DNA of 64,000 nucleotides from positions 2,107,662 through 2,171,661 of the forward strand of contig JBNZDD010013618.1 in assembly GCA_050575255.1 (NCBI GenBank), given 5' to 3'. Below, piece after piece: positions 1 to 14,213 of this stretch (the first letter of the stretch is position 1; every line of letters starts with the position of its first letter). The notes beneath the pieces were generated by a model. It was not told the DNA's origin. It was given only the letters and a program-made list of their open reading frames with translations, and did no database searches. Both the position numbers and the translations under genes were made by a program. This DNA is from Harriotta raleighana. Lineage: Eukaryota.

Positions 1-137
1 AACCTCTTAAACTCAAGGGAATGAAAGTTTATGCAACCTTTCCTCATAACTTAACTCTTCTGGTAACATTCTTGTATAACTGCGCTGCACCTCCTCAGGG
101 CCTATATATCTTTCCTGAGGGGTGGTTCCAAAACTGA
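1..137 (-). mobile_element. CR1-type LINE ORF2 3' fragment
   Basis: Reverse complement reads cagttttgg...aggaaagatatataggccctgaggaggtgcagcg, matching the segment at about 34820-34900 of the CR1 copy in this window. Confidence 0.7.
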
Positions 138-954
138 AGCAGAGCAGGAGCAAAGTGGCATATGCCAAGCATAGAGAAAATGTGGAAAAAATAAATCGTT
201 GGACATACTAATTTTATATAAAGACATTTTTGCTTTCATTTATCCTGCCATTGTTGCATTTGTGATCAATACACTCAGCATAAACCAGATAATGTAATTC
301 AAACAAATAATGACAACATGAAAGGAAAGCAAATTAAGCCATTTGTGAAAGTGCAGAAGCATGTAACGGGAAATGTTAATATTTTGCCCTTTTTCTGCAT
401 TGTGTGTCCAAGCAGAAATTATGTGAGCAAATGTGAATTATTTATTGAAAATCATATGGTTCCTTCTGTGGGAAAGCAAGATCCTCAAAGTTGATTATGA
501 TTTGAAATCCGTATTGAGTTTTAGCCTTCTTCAACCTGAGAGAGTGAAAACTAAATAACTGTTTTACCACATAAAAGTATTAATTTCACCACTGCCTGGG
601 GATCCTGTTTCCACCAGATTGTTAACAGTAATTTCACCTTTCTCTTGGGGGGGCGCGGAGGTGGGGGGGAAGGTAGGAGGAGGAAGGAGGAGGAGAGTTG
701 TTGTGGTTTAATTAAAGATTAGGTGACCCAATTTCTTTTGCTTCAAAGTTAGTTCCTGATCTTAATTTTTCAATGCACTGGAAGGGGGTGACAAGATTGT
801 TTACGGGAAACCAGCAGCTTTGTATGGCAGCTCACAAATTGTAAACANGGTTTCATATCCCATGCAATCCCACCACCCAATGCTGCATTGGAATGTCCTC
901 TTCCCCCTAGGCCCCCCCCCCCCCCCCCCCTATATATATCAACATCAGCTGGAA

Positions 955-1030
955 AGTAGTTGAAGTGCTCTGAGACGCCTCCGGAGTGGAGGGCACTATA
1001 TAAATTGAAGTTGTTGTTGTTGTAGTTGTT
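955..1030 (+). mobile_element. L2-type 3' tail with (GTT)n
   Basis: aagtgctctgagacgcctccggagtggagggcactatataaattgaagttgttgttg; the same tail ends the RT-bearing L2 at about 10560-10625. Confidence 0.7.
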
Positions 1031-2839
1031 CTAATGATTTCACTGGTCTGAACAATGTTCTTGCTCAGTTGGCGTGACTTACACGGATTTGTGCATTTTC
1101 TTGAACTGCTTCAAAATACTTTCCGTCAGGTATAGTGACTATATTTTGTGCCAGTTTGGAGGGGTTTGCACAAACAGACAGATGTGTGAGTGTACTAAGG
1201 GTTCCCCCAAACACTCGTGAGGTGGATGATCAATTTATCTAGCGGTCTCAACAGTGGGGATAACAATGGATTTGCTTTTGTTTTTGAAAAGATAGCATGA
1301 ACTAATAATCCATTAGATTTGACGGGCATATTGTCCCACACCTGTTCCCATGTGTCCCAGTATCTACACCATTTGCCAACATCACTTCCACAACAACCAA
1401 AGAACAATACAGCCAAAAGAGAAAGCTGGTTGCTAGCAAGAAACTCAGATGGGCTATATAAGTGAATCTTAAGTATTGCCTGAGAAACAGCAGTGAGATT
1501 GAGGGGGGAAAAAAACATAACTGGGAGTCGAGAAATCCAAGATTTCTGAAAATGCCACAGATTTGCTCTCATGGCTCATGTCACTGTTAAACCCATTTAG
1601 TCGTACTCTTGACATCTTGGTTAGAAGGTTGTTATTTTAATGTTGGGACAGTGCAGCACTGATGGAGGAGCACTGCAAGCTTAGCATCACATAAGGTGTT
1701 AAACAGAGTGCTTGTCTGCCTATTTTCAGGTGCATGTTTAAATGATCCTGTGACACTTTTAGGAAAAAAGTTTCTCCTGCTGTTCTGGTCAGCAATCCTT
1801 TTGATCAATTGACTGTTCATTTGTGGTGATTTGGTATCTAGCAATGAGCCATAATTGCAGCCTCATTTGCTTGCAAAAAAACAGACATGTTGCTCCACAG
1901 TAATTACTGTAAGGGCCATTAAAAATGCATATTCATCCTTAAACCTCTGGATAACAGTTGCTATCTTGAAGATCACTGTTAGTCATTTTGTCAGCTTGTG
2001 CATCAGAACACACACTGTGTTAATGCTTTACCCTTACAAGAGGGAGGGATGCTTTAAAAATGGAAATGAGATATTTTGGTGCCTTCAAGTAGTTTGGGGC
2101 TTGGTTGGCCAGTGAGGCTGTTTTACCTCTGCGGGGCAAAGATAATAAAGTACTTGGAAGTTGTGCTCTACCTCTTTCTCCCCCCTCCCAAATAAAGCAA
2201 TATCTGTCAATCTGTCCCTAGCACTGGTAAAGTGGATTCATGCAGGACTTGGCAGTTTATTTGTCAGTTGACTCAGGGAGTTTAACCTCTAGCCTCCAAA
2301 CCAGCTGGAAGCATAATTCTGTATTGCTGGAGCTATTGACCCAGAAGAAACTGAAATAGCTCAGGCTTTCTCACCTGCTGTGCTCTTAAATCACTCTTTC
2401 TACTTTGACAAGGTAAAAAAAATCCTGAGGCAAGGGATTCCACATTGGTTTTAGCTTTATAACCATTTCTTTAACTGCAAGTTTCTTGTAGAATTTCTTA
2501 AATTTAGTCTCAGTTTGGCAGCTGTTTTTTGCAAGCATCTTAAATAAAACTGAAGAAATTATTAATTTCCAGAATATAACAAATTTCCAAAAAAATTGCA
2601 TGTTCTTAAAACGTAGTCTGGGCTGGCATTTCAATGCAATGCTGGAATTAACTATAGTCAATTGAACTATAAAGATCGATGGTACTATTTGAATAACTCA
2701 CTAAGTTTCATCTTCAACTGAAGTGTTTTGCCAACATTACCGCCCCCCCCTCCCCCCTAAAAAATAGAATTGTTCATTCACTTGTGGCTGTTTGGAGGCA
2801 GGGATGGACCATCTTAACTGGAAATTTCAGGGAGCCAGT

Positions 2840-2995
2840 CTACCACTGTTTGTGGGACACTGCAAATCACATGCCACATTAGCCTACAAGTATACAAATA
2901 TTACACTTTATGTTAAAATCCTGTGAAGTGCTTTGAGACGGCTTGATGAACATGATAAGCCACTCTATCAAATGTAAGTTAAACATTTATTATTT
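2840..2995 (+). mobile_element. SINE 3' half (Deu-like core end plus L2-like tail)
   Basis: ctgtttgtgggacactgc...ctgtgaagtgctttgagacg...tatcaaatgtaag, shared with many copies in the window. Confidence 0.7.
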
Positions 2996-5394
2996 TAAGA
3001 TAGTGGTCAAGGTGGAATTGCAAACCTCAAGACACGTCAGCAAATTTTACAGACCTCAAACAATGCAAATTTTGATCATTTGATGTTACACTGATATATT
3101 ATAGCAGTGACTTCTTGATTATGTGCCAACAAGAGCTGATTAACCTCATGCACTTCGCAAACTTGCTTTTTACGTTCTCTGACATTTACTGGAATGTCAC
3201 TTCAGACTTCACACAGTTAAATGTTTGAGAAAAGGATGTCAATTACGCATATCAAACAGCGCATAGAATTTTTTCTCAAGGATTTTTTTTTTTAAAAACC
3301 CAGAGAAAGTTAGACAGTGTTATTTTTTCTCAATATTTGTTTTTTTTCACGCTTTTCTTCAATGCAGATGAAATACATTTTGAGTACAAAAAGTAAATCT
3401 GAAAATAGCATTGCGTGGCTGGATGTTACGAGTGTGGGTGGGCAAATGCATTTTGTGTGCAGAGTAAGAGTTTCCACCTGATGCTGCACTATTGTCTTGC
3501 TAATTTTAGAGGAAAACAATGCTGGAAAAAATAAACGTGCAGCACAAAATGCCAAAGGAAATCATTTTTTAACAAGCCTTTCATTGCCTTGCAATACCAG
3601 CTTCCAGATGAATACCTCAGCTCTGTGACAAGTACATTGAATTGAAGAACGCTTGTCTATGACTTCTCCTTGCATGTGCCAGTCTTCATTTTCGAAAGTT
3701 GTGAAACGTAAGTGACATTCTGTGGTTGCTTTGTACAGTAAAGCTGAATAGTGACATTGTATTACAGCTTTAATTGTTGCTTTATGCAGGAATGCACTCA
3801 ATGAAAATGTAAAACTGACAAACTGAATTATTTAGTGTTGAAATTTGCTAGGTGTTGAGACCATCTCTTCTTATTTTTGTTGTGCTTGCATTCTTTCGTT
3901 TTTTTTAATTGGAAAAGATTGATGTCTCTCATGGCTCTGAAAGTTTATTCAGTAAAGTGTTGAACCAGGCAGATAATACTCTCCCAAATTTAATTCCCCA
4001 GACTTGGAAAACCTGATCTTATATGAGATGGCACAAACTGGGTTAAAATAAGAATAATTATCTTTACTGTGTATTTTGTAGCAGCATAGCAGGCAATTTG
4101 CTAGCCATGCCTTGCAATCTGAATGAAATTAATGACCTTTTTTAAAAAAAATCTGAGGATCGGGATACTTTCCGCTCAAAGAAATGTGGGCAGGGTTCCT
4201 GCTTCTGATCCCTATCTGTGATGCTGGTATGGGTGTTCAATGAAGATGTGGTCCAATTCTTCCTAATTGCTATCTTGTCCGGTTTATCTTACCAACACTT
4301 ATCGCCAAGAATCACACCTGACAGAAATTTCAGGTGCTAACCTCTGCTCTAGCGATCTGGCTTCTCTCGTTCTCCAGCTACCTTAAGAAATGTCATCCTC
4401 TGAAAATTAGTCTTTGGGCCAAAGGCAGTATTTTCTAACATTTTTCCAGGCTGATTTGTTTTTAAGTTTCCAAAAATGTCACCTGCTCCAGTTTCAAGAA
4501 TTTCACAATCATTCCAAATAGAATTAAAAGAGTGATTTTGAGACTTTTTCTGTAAGGATAGAATGAAGGGTTTTCAGACATCATGCCCCTGATTAAGCCT
4601 TAACTTCTTTATGCATTGTTAACAAAACTGAAGTGATCCTGTTTTACAATTGCTTTCACATGAAAGTTGCTATATAAGTGCACAATGTATTTGATCTGAA
4701 ATTATACATGGTATCTTTCTTTGTGTGAATGAGGAGTGAGATAAAATGAGTGGAACTTCCTTTTGTTGGATTAATATGACAATATCAGATATGGTCTGCA
4801 TGTGCCAGGATCCACAGCACTGATGGGCTGCAGTAGCTGAACCTGATATTGTTTGGTGTGTAGTCTGTGCTTAATAATGTTCTCCAGGCAAGTTGGTTCA
4901 CCCTGTTAATATGTAACACTTCCTGGAAGTGGCATTGAAGTGCTGTGAGCCTTGGAATCAAATATAATTAATCAGTTTGTGTGTGTTGTTCAGCAACACA
5001 TTTCAGGAACAGACGGTGCGGTTTTATATCAGTTTCAAATCATATTTTTAGGATGTTTGGATCATCATGTCATGGTTTTGAGGACTGTTTCTTTGCCTTT
5101 TATGAAAGCCAGATTCAAGGACTGATGCTAATCAGCACTTGGTTGTCTTAAGGCTGATGTATTTCAAAAAAATGTTTTATTGGGAAGTTGCCAATTTAAC
5201 AGAGCTCAATGCTGATTAGAACCATCCTGCATAGTACATGCAAAGATGCCAGGAGGCACAGTGATCAAGAGACTAGCCAAAGTTCTGACACTTCCAATTC
5301 TCGTAAGGAGAGTGATGTGAGACACTTCCGGTGCCTGCAGTCAATGAATATGTCTATGATCCAAATTCCTGGATCAAGGCTCTTCAGTGGTAGA

Positions 5395-5740
5395 AAGAAA
5401 AATTTGCATTTTTAACTTCCATCTCTTCAAAACGCCTTAAAGCTCTTTACAGTAATTCTAGACAAATGTATTGACCTTTTATTAAAAACATGTGTGGCAA
5501 CCATTTTACACACCTGGAGATCCCACACACAGTCATAAGGTGGATACACAATTTATCTGGAGGATTATTGGTCAGGACTTCGGGAAAAACAGCAGTGACA
5601 AGAGGTTTCTCTGTTCTCAACTACTATTGTGGAATCATTAACGCAAACACGAATAACTAACAGATGGGATCTGCATCTAACCTGTGACACAGATACCTCC
5701 CATTCTATTCCAGGACTAAACTAGAGTGTCAGCCCAGAAT
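5395..5740 (-). mobile_element. Degraded DeuSINE-like element
   Basis: Reverse-complement similarity to the copy at 6015-6452 (tail, gatcccacac core, gagtgtcagcc). Confidence 0.55.
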
Positions 5741-6014
5741 ATTTCACTGTATGTCCAAGGTCATATTCTGTGAAGCGCTTTGACACATCTAGAAGACATG
5801 GCATGCGCTATATCAAATGCACGGATTATTAATATTATTTCCAAGAGAGTGTTTGTGACCAGAGGGTTGAAATTCCAATTTCCATCACTTATGTTAACAT
5901 CGCCAACTATAAACAGGGAAGTCTCATTGGAGACCAACATCATCGGTGTCTCTCCTTGTAATTCCGACATGAATTACAGCTCTCTGGAGCTATGGCATTG
6001 GTCCAGCTGTCAAC

Positions 6015-6452
6015 CCTGTTCAGTTGGCAGCACTCTTGCCTCAGGGTCAAAAGGTTATGGGTTGAAGCCCCATGTGGGGATTTTGAACTCACCTTCTTGG
6101 CTGACACACAAATACAATGCCAGGGGAGTGCTGCATTTTCGAATGTGCCTTCCTTTGGATGAGACATTAAACTAAGTCTCATCCTGTCTGCTGTTCATGT
6201 TGTTACTAAATAACACACACTAAAAGTTCGCAGGGCACAATTTGAAGAGAGGAATTTCTCCTTGCATCTTGGCCAACAATCCTCCAGATTTATTTGGTCA
6301 TTTCATGATTGTTCTTGGACCCTGCTGTGCACAAATTGATTGCTGCATTTGTCTCCAAAATACCAGTCAGTACACTTTGCAATGAATCCTGTGAAGCACT
6401 TTTAAGGCATCCTCACAACGTGAAGTTACATATCAAATCTAAGGGATTATTG
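6015..6452 (+). mobile_element. Near full-length DeuSINE-like SINE (SacSINE1/AmnSINE1 superfamily)
   Basis: tRNA-like head (cagttggcagcactcttgcctc...ggttgaagccc), Deu core gggagtgctgca...tttggatgagacattaaac...cttggccaaca...ctgctgtgcacaaattg, L2-like tail. Confidence 0.75.
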
Positions 6453-8442
6453 ATATATTCTTGTGAAAAAAAAGTCCTCTCCTAAGGACTGTGAGATCTT
6501 CAGGAGACCTGAACTTGCAAAAATGCTTGTTTGGAAATGGATTCTTAAAATGGACAGAAAAAATGCTTCAGGATGTAAAGCATGTCTCCTGTATCCTAGG
6601 CTTGATGTCCACTTTCTACATAGGCCAATATATTTGTCTGCTGGACTCCTACGAGGAACTGATACAGTCTATTTGTTAGAAATATCATAAAATTCTATCA
6701 GATCTTCACACGGTGATTTACAGTTTACTAACTTCAAGTGGGGTTTTTCCACCAGATTTCATATCTGCCTCTGCTTTTACAGTCCTGTTGGTCACTGGAT
6801 TTGATGCTGGCACACACCTGTTCAATGTGAGGAAGTGGTGGGTGGTCCCAGTTGATATGTAATCTGATTTTTGTTGCCCCAGTGACTGTATTTAACAGTT
6901 GACCTGTCAGTCTGGTGTTATGGACCTTCCCATCAAGTTGATAGCATTCAAGAGTCCACACTTATTTTGTACATGGAGATCTCCTCCAGATAACTATAAC
7001 TGTACCAGGGCTGCTTTGGTATATATTTAGGAGCTGTGCCTTTCCGGATTGTCATAGAGAAACGCACAGGATGCAGCTCATGTTTGTTGTAACCAGTTTA
7101 GTCGGACATGCCAGAGATTCCTATTTGCTTTGAGTCTGAGAGTCTGAGCTCACAAATGCTGCTCAACATTTGAAAACTGAAAAATTGCAGCCTAAAGGAG
7201 TGGGATGGGACTCAGCAAATGCTTGTGGTGCAGAGGTTGGTCTGAATGAGTATGTCCCAGCACATGCCTGTAGTGCAAATGAGTTGAGGAGATAATTTTC
7301 TTGCAGCATGCAGTCCACTTCAAGTGATATCGACGGTCCACAGTGAAGAATATTGCAGCTTTGAATGGAGGGCCACATACACCTAACTGAGAACCCATCC
7401 CCTGTGAGTCCGTCCTCCAATCAAGTCAAGGAAACTCTTCTTTACAGTGAGTGATGCCAAAGGACAATGTGATTTGAGGCTGCAGCCTGCCGAAAATGGG
7501 AAATAAAGTCAATGCTTATTATGTTTGATGTGTGGACACAGGGTGCCTTCTGCAATTTGGGATGCATCAGTTCAACAGTCTATGGGCTTTTGAAAGAGAA
7601 ACCTGCTCAGATGCTTTTCATGTATTGTCCGAGGCATATGAGGGGAGCGCAAAATGGTAATCCTAGATTTGCACAAATATAATTTCTGTAAACATCAGGC
7701 CAAAGCACACCCCAGACATATGACCTGAGTTGGAGGGAAGAGAAGGGACTTCCTGTACTAACATGTTAACAGATTCCCCGATGTAAGATTATTTTCATTA
7801 TACGTGAATGATCTACTGCCAAAGTTTGTTTAAGCCAGAATGGAAAAGGTGGAGGAAGAACACATTGTACTGCTGTAGAAGTGTGACTGGTAGGGTAATG
7901 CACCTTCTGGAACCAGACCAACTTGAAGTGGAACTGCCACAGAGATAATCATGGGATAACAATTAGGAAACTAATGAGACTACTTGTGTTTGTTTTGTAA
8001 AACCCTTGCACAGAAGAGTTTTCTAGTAATGATAATCACTTAGACCAAAATCTTAAGAGTTTTTTAAATGGATTTTTTTGTGTGATGGTTGCTCAGTAAA
8101 TAGTTGAATATTAGGCATTGTAAGTACATGGTTTTGCACAATAACATTAGGATCTCTTGAGGATTCATTTTATACTCTGCGAAACAGATGTTTCATTATG
8201 GAGATGGTGTCTTTTAATGGTACAGTGGTTACAAATAAAAGGATGGAACTGTTCAGGGTACCATCGACTCCACTGTGATCTCTGAATATTCATTGCTGTA
8301 ATCTGGCAGGTATGTTGGGGCTCTAATGTATAATGTGTAAACATGACCACTGACAGTGTTGATGAGGACTGTACTTGCTAGGCTACTGTATCACAGATAA
8401 TGATTATTAGGATCATTGATTAAATTATTAAATTGAATTATT

Positions 8443-8620
8443 AATAATATAGGAGCATGTGGAGGTCATTCATCCAGTTGAGCCTGCTACTTCAGTTTAT
8501 TAGATCATGCCTGAATTTTAAATCCTCCCTGCCTTTTCTCCATACCCTTTAATACCCTTACATCACAATGAACTACCTACCTGATTAATTCTACCTCTTC
8601 TGCTTTCTGGGACAGTGAAG
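8443..8620 (-). mobile_element. CR1 3' terminus
   Basis: ataggagca...gtcattcatcc...gagcctgc...gatcatgcctga...tctccatacccttt is the reverse complement of the CR1 3' end at about 35220-35350. Confidence 0.7.
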
Positions 8621-9699
8621 ATTGATCATGTCACTGTTATCACAGGTTTATGAGGAAATGATTTGAGGTTGGTTCAGGATAAACTCTGCATACAGTGCAC
8701 TTTGCAGAATTGAAAATAATTTGAATGGGTAATGACCACAGAGTGAACGGCACTAGTGCATTGGGAAATAAAGTTTATGTCAGTTCGACTCGTGAGAACT
8801 CAGTTCTGAGGTGATGGCAGGTTGGAGTTGCGATCTTGTGAGTGGGTGTGACAGATGAATGTTCCATATGTGTGCATTTTTTAAAAGATTATTAGCTAAT
8901 GCTTTGTTTAGCAAAGGAAAACAGAAGCTGCTGACAAATGGAAAAGAAGGTACATAAGAGTTTGTTCAGTGAGAAGGTACATTAGAGTTTGTTCTTCATC
9001 CATTAATCTATCAAGAAACTACATGGTATATAGAGAACTATATCATACAAAGTCAGCTTGTGATACCAGGGAGTTGTGGTGAAAGAGAAGAAAATGGGTA
9101 TTAGAGTAGGTATGGAAGTTCTAGTGGAAGAGCTAACACCATGAAAGGCTCAATGGGCTGAATGAAGTATTTTTGTACTTTAAATTTTATGTTCTCTGAC
9201 CTGGTGAGTTAGTATTAGGAAGACCGCATTCAGAGGGATCTGTACTGAATGAGTGGATTGATTAAAAAAAATACAGCAAGTGGATTTTGAGGAATGTTTA
9301 GTAATTGGAAATCTATTCCTCAATGTGCAATAAAAACAGTTACGACTGCACTGATCAAACTATTCAAGGCTTAAACCACTCAATGCTTGAAGCAATGCTA
9401 GGCTTTTGGATTGCACCAGTTAAAATATCATCGTATGCACTATGAAGCTTAAATAAACATTAATACTTAAGTAATACTGTAATATTACTGTACTTAGATG
9501 TTTGGAATTGCTACAATGTTAAAACTCCAAGGAATTAGTAGCTAGATTAAATGGATTATGCTGGTTGAGAGAAGAGAGCAGAGTCTTGGAATTATTTTTT
9601 AAAGAGCAAAAATAATGTTAGAATCCCAGAAGCTGCGTTGGACAAAAAGAGAATTGGGCGCTTGTGAAAGTCACAAATTCTGACACCTATATCTGTGAC

Positions 9700-10625
9700 C
9701 AGCGCTCCCTCTGCCCCCTCATTCTCCTGGACATCTCTGCCGCATTCGATACAGTCGATCATGCCATCCTCCTCCACTGCCTGTCCTCCATCATCCACCT
9801 TAGTGGGTCTGCACTCGCTTGGTTCGAGTCCTATCGTATAAAACACCAGCACTACATCTCTTCAAATGGCTTTACTTCTCGCTTCCGCCCAGTCACTGTG
9901 GGAACCCAAGGATTCCTCCTTGGCCCCCTTCTTTTCCTCATCTACATACTCCCTCTCAGTGATGTCATCCGCAGGCACAGGGTTAACTTCCACATGTATG
10001 CGGAAGATACTCAACTCTACTTTTCCACCTCCAGCTGCGACCCCCAGAACCCTGATGTTCTTCAGCTTGTCTGTCAGAAATCAAGAGCTGGATGAGCAAA
10101 AATTTCCTGCAGTTAAACATCAACAAGATGGAAGCCATACTCTTTGGCTCCCGTCGATGTCTTCTGTCTTAACCTCCTCAATCTACCCAACCTCTCTTTA
10201 AAACTCTCCGAATCTGTGTGCAACTTAAGCGTCAGGTTCGATCCACAATTATCCATCCAGGCCACATTGCCCGTGTCCGACAATACCTCACCCCAAAAGC
10301 TGCTGAAACCCTTGATACCTCCCATTTCTGTAACCTCCTCTCTCCTCATAGCAGTACTTTCTGCTTCTGCTCTATGTAGTTCTTCTTGTCCCCCGAATCC
10401 TCCGCTCCACTACCAACAACTAAGCCTTCAGCCTCTACACCCCAAAACCTTGGAACTCCCTCCCTCAACCCGTTCGCCTTGCCTACCTCGTTCCCCATGT
10501 GAAGATCTTTTTCGTCAACTGTGCCTACAATCGCCCTCTCCCTGGCTCAGCCCCTCCATTTTTGAAGCACACTGAGACACTGCCCAGCATGGAGGACAGT
10601 ATATAAACACAAGTTGTTGTTGTTC
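9700..10625 (+). mobile_element. L2 LINE remnant with decayed reverse transcriptase, internal deletions and (GTT)n tail
   Basis: ORF 9664-10095 carries LILLDISAAFDTVDH, TQGFLLGPLLFLIY and HMYAEDTQLY (degenerate YADD). Frameshifted; ends tatataaacacaagttgttgttgtt. Confidence 0.9.
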
Positions 10626-13224
10626 ACTCGATTCCTGACATGCCATTGCCACACATGTAGAGGCGTTTTTAACGTTGATGCAATCGGTGCAACACACCGA
10701 CGGGCCCCTCATATTGGGTGTATAAAAAGCCTGCATGGAACTCTCAGTTTAATTTGGAGTCTCTAAGCACTGTGGTTTTTTTGTGTGTATCAGACGCCTG
10801 GCTGGCTAATCCACCAGAAAGGAATATCAGTTTTGGATTGGGAAATGACATTGCTTACATATTGCTTGGAGAAAGGAGATAGTGCAGATGAAGAGGAAGT
10901 TAAAGAGGAAAAATGGGTTGTTGATAGGAGACAAGGCAATGGGAGGGACTGGAAGGGAAGTATTAAAGAAAATAGGGCATGTGAAGTTGACTGAGGAAAG
11001 AGAATATTGTGTGGGTTACAATCTGTCGAGAGATCTTGCTTATCAGCTTAGTGGGTTGCAATGAGAACATGACCTAACACTTTCCATATTTCAATTGCAC
11101 CTAGTTGAATGCAAAAAAACTTGAATTTCTATCCAGTGGGTGGTCTGCCACACAGTTCCACATGGTAAAGACATGATGTATGTACATAGAAATATATCTT
11201 AACCAAGGAAAGATGTGTGGGAATTTTCCCCCACGTAAAGAGGCCAAATAATATATTTTATTTATCAGTATTTGACATTGGATATGTTACGATTTTATCT
11301 GATAGATTTTGATCTTAAGTAAAATTTCAATTGTTGAAGCATAATCTGACACTTCTTTTGTATGGTAAATGTTCAAGATGCTCAACTTCTAGTCCATAAT
11401 ACATGTAGAGTGTTTAAATCCCAGCCATTTACTCAGTGAGTGGTGGGTTGCTGATGATATTGCTGGTAGAATGAGCATTTTAGCGGTGACATCTTTGTAT
11501 TGCTTAGGGTAACAGAATGAGCTGGTGAAGACGAGACACAGTGTATTTCACTCACAGGCAACAAAGCAGGATTTTTATAGCAACAGAGGCATGTTGTGAG
11601 CTGTGTTTGTAATCAGGGACATACAGAGGTACATCTATACAGGCTTTACAACAGAAGGGCATGGCAGAAGGTGAAAACGGAGACTCCTAGCAACCATCAA
11701 AGAATTGAAAAACGATGTGAAATGTATGAGTGTCACGATGCAACAGCCTGCAATACAAATGGTGTGTCACCACGTCCCACTGATGGTGTCAGAGGAATTT
11801 CTCTTGCGGTATAAATTGCATTATTCTGTTTGCCCTAAAGGCACAGAGCTTCAAAGAAAATGAGAAGGGGAAGAAATACTTGGAAGAAAGGGTGAATAGT
11901 AGCATACAAACAGATCATATAACAGCAGTGGGAACACTGATTCATGCTCAGTCAGTTTCCTAGACATGTCCCTGATTCCCACATTTCGAGTTTGGACAGT
12001 GTCAGACTTCGTGAGCATTAAAACAAGTCAATTGTCTCGTTTTGACCTGTTGCAGATGATTTGCAACTACTGGAATCAATTAGATAGACATCTGGGAAAT
12101 GCTTTGTTAAACAAGTGTTTTGGAAAACTCTTTAATTTCTGTGTTTATGCCATTCAAATACTTTAGAAACCTTGTTAGTTTGGAAGCCACACAATTTTTC
12201 TTTTGTAGGAATAAATTGTAGTTCCATACATAATAACGTGCTTCGCAGCTGTTCAGATGTAATTATCATTTCTGCTTCATTCTAAGTCTCTCCATAAAAT
12301 GTTGGTGATGAAATATATACAGTGACCAAAATGTATTCACATTACAATTTCATTAAACTATTTAAGGAATAATTAAGGCTGAGTTAAAACCAGTTTTCAA
12401 CCAATTTCACTCTTCTCAAATGGTTTATGAGGGTTTGTGGGTGCAACATTTGTCACTTCAATATAGTAAAGCACCTTGAGATGACTCTCTGACCTGAGAC
12501 ACCTAACATCAAATACAACGGTTATTTCAAGGGATGTGAAAGGCATTCTACAAATGTAGTTTTGTTGTTGTTGTATTATTTCTCTACATTTTAGCCAAAG
12601 AGTGAATGAATGTAGAGCACTGCTATAAAGTATCTCTCATATGTCTGAGTATACAGCCCAAAACAACAACTTTAATTTACATTGTGTCCCTTACACAGGG
12701 CCAGAGTGCTTGACAGTAGTGGATCACAATACTGAGCTGGAGGTGGAGGAGATGGAATTGGGGGGGAGGAGGATGGGTGACGGTATAGGTCAAATTAAGC
12801 AATCTAAATTAGTGGTATAATAATCAAATGAATTGATGCAAAGAAAAGTTATGAACAGTTATTTGAGGAAGACTGAAAGTAGCATCTAAGATTCCAAGAG
12901 TTTCTCTCCAAATGGAGACCATTAGTGTCTGACTGAAATTCATGTCACCTCTAACAGGATGACTCTCAAAATCAGGTTTTAATTATCTGAGAGGTCAAAT
13001 GTGTTAATCTAATATAAAGTTGATAGATTTATGCTAAAATAGTCTGGGGGGATCAAGAAAAAGTCAAACTCTGCTTCTTGCATTCTTTCCCTACTAATAA
13101 GGAGTAAACTCTAGGGAAAAGGCAAATAAATAGGAGTGAAAGGACTGCTCTTAAGGAGCCAGCGCAGACAGGTTGGCCTCCATCAATATAGTCTTTTCCC
13201 CATTCCACATCCAGGCTCTCAAAC

Positions 13225-13632
13225 AATAATAATAATCCTTGCATTTCTTATAGTGCTTTTCACATCATCTAGACATCTCAAAGCACTTCACAGAATATAA
13301 AAACAATAACAAAAAGCAAAATTACACTTGTATAGTGCATTTCACATCATGAGGACGTCCCAAGGCTCTGGAGGAGGATGTCCCAAGGCGCTGGGGATTA
13401 ATGTACTATCAAATGAATTGACTGTATATTTTGTGGGCAAAACAGGGCACCAATTGCGCACAGCAGTGTCCCACAGACAGTCGTGCATTCAAGTGACCAA
13501 TTATTTATCTTTTTTTCCTGAGCGATTATTATCAGATGTGTGCAGTAAGGAAACTTGGCCAAGGTTTCGCCTTGTCAGGAATCGAACCCAGCTCGCTCAC
13601 TTGTGAAGCAAGTGCACTAATCTCTGAGGAAA
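13225..13632 (-). mobile_element. tRNA-headed SINE interrupted by a short L2-type 3' tail (about 13300-13395)
   Basis: (AAT)n tail at 13225-13297, body resumes at about 13410, head reverse complement ggaatcgaacccagctcgctcacttg. The insert has a duplicated gaggaYgtcccaaggc. Confidence 0.75.
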
Positions 13633-13732
13633 TAGCCCTTAAACCCAATTCACCTTTAGAAAAGAGATCATGTGATGGAAATTCTACCTGGATATAGGCC
13701 TTGACCATTTTTTTAAACATTTCAGAACGTGC

Positions 13733-13842
13733 AAAATTCTTAAATTCAGTCTTAATTTGAGAATTGTGTTTTTGTAGTTCTTAAAAGAATCCACACACTA
13801 TATGCAACTGACTTCAAAATTAAGACTGAATTTAAGAATTTT
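13733..13842. repeat. Perfect 26-bp inverted repeat with 58-bp spacer (palindromic element family)
   Basis: aaaattcttaaattcagtcttaattt (13733-13758) and its exact reverse complement (13817-13842). Confidence 0.9.
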
Positions 13843-13902
13843 CTAAAAGTTGTCTTCTAAAATATTAAGAAGAAAATATCATAAATCTAGAGCGCAGTGA
13901 AA

Positions 13903-13959
13903 TTTCTGGACTTGAGCACTATTCTTTTCTGGACTTGAGCACTATTAATTTCTGGACTT
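13903..13959. repeat. 23-bp tandem repeat, about 2.5 copies
   Basis: tttctggacttgagcactatt at 13903 and 13926, partial copy at 13949. Confidence 0.9.
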
Positions 13960-14213
13960 CTCCACTATGAACCTGCCCAACTAGGTATTAAGCAGAAGCC
14001 AGGCTTGTTTATTTCCAGTCTGCTCTGCGAAATAGCCATTTAACTAAGGTTTATTGTTGCATAGAGTAGAGTCTATTCAAAATGAATCTCCGTTCAGACA
14101 AATAATTGGGTAAATGTTTTGTATTGACACTCCAATGCTATAAGGGAAAACAGCTGGTGGAGTCAAACAGACGTAGGAGGGAAGAATTAATTTTAGTGCT
14201 GTGATTTTAACAG

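Noticed and set aside
9664-10095. Functional reverse transcriptase or retron-like gene
   Set aside because: Catalytic YADD is mutated to YAED, and the copy is frameshifted and deleted; a dead L2.
11460-11653. Possible solo LTR on the minus strand (TGTTGTA start, TATAAAA)
   Set aside because: I could not find a matching end or a target-site duplication.
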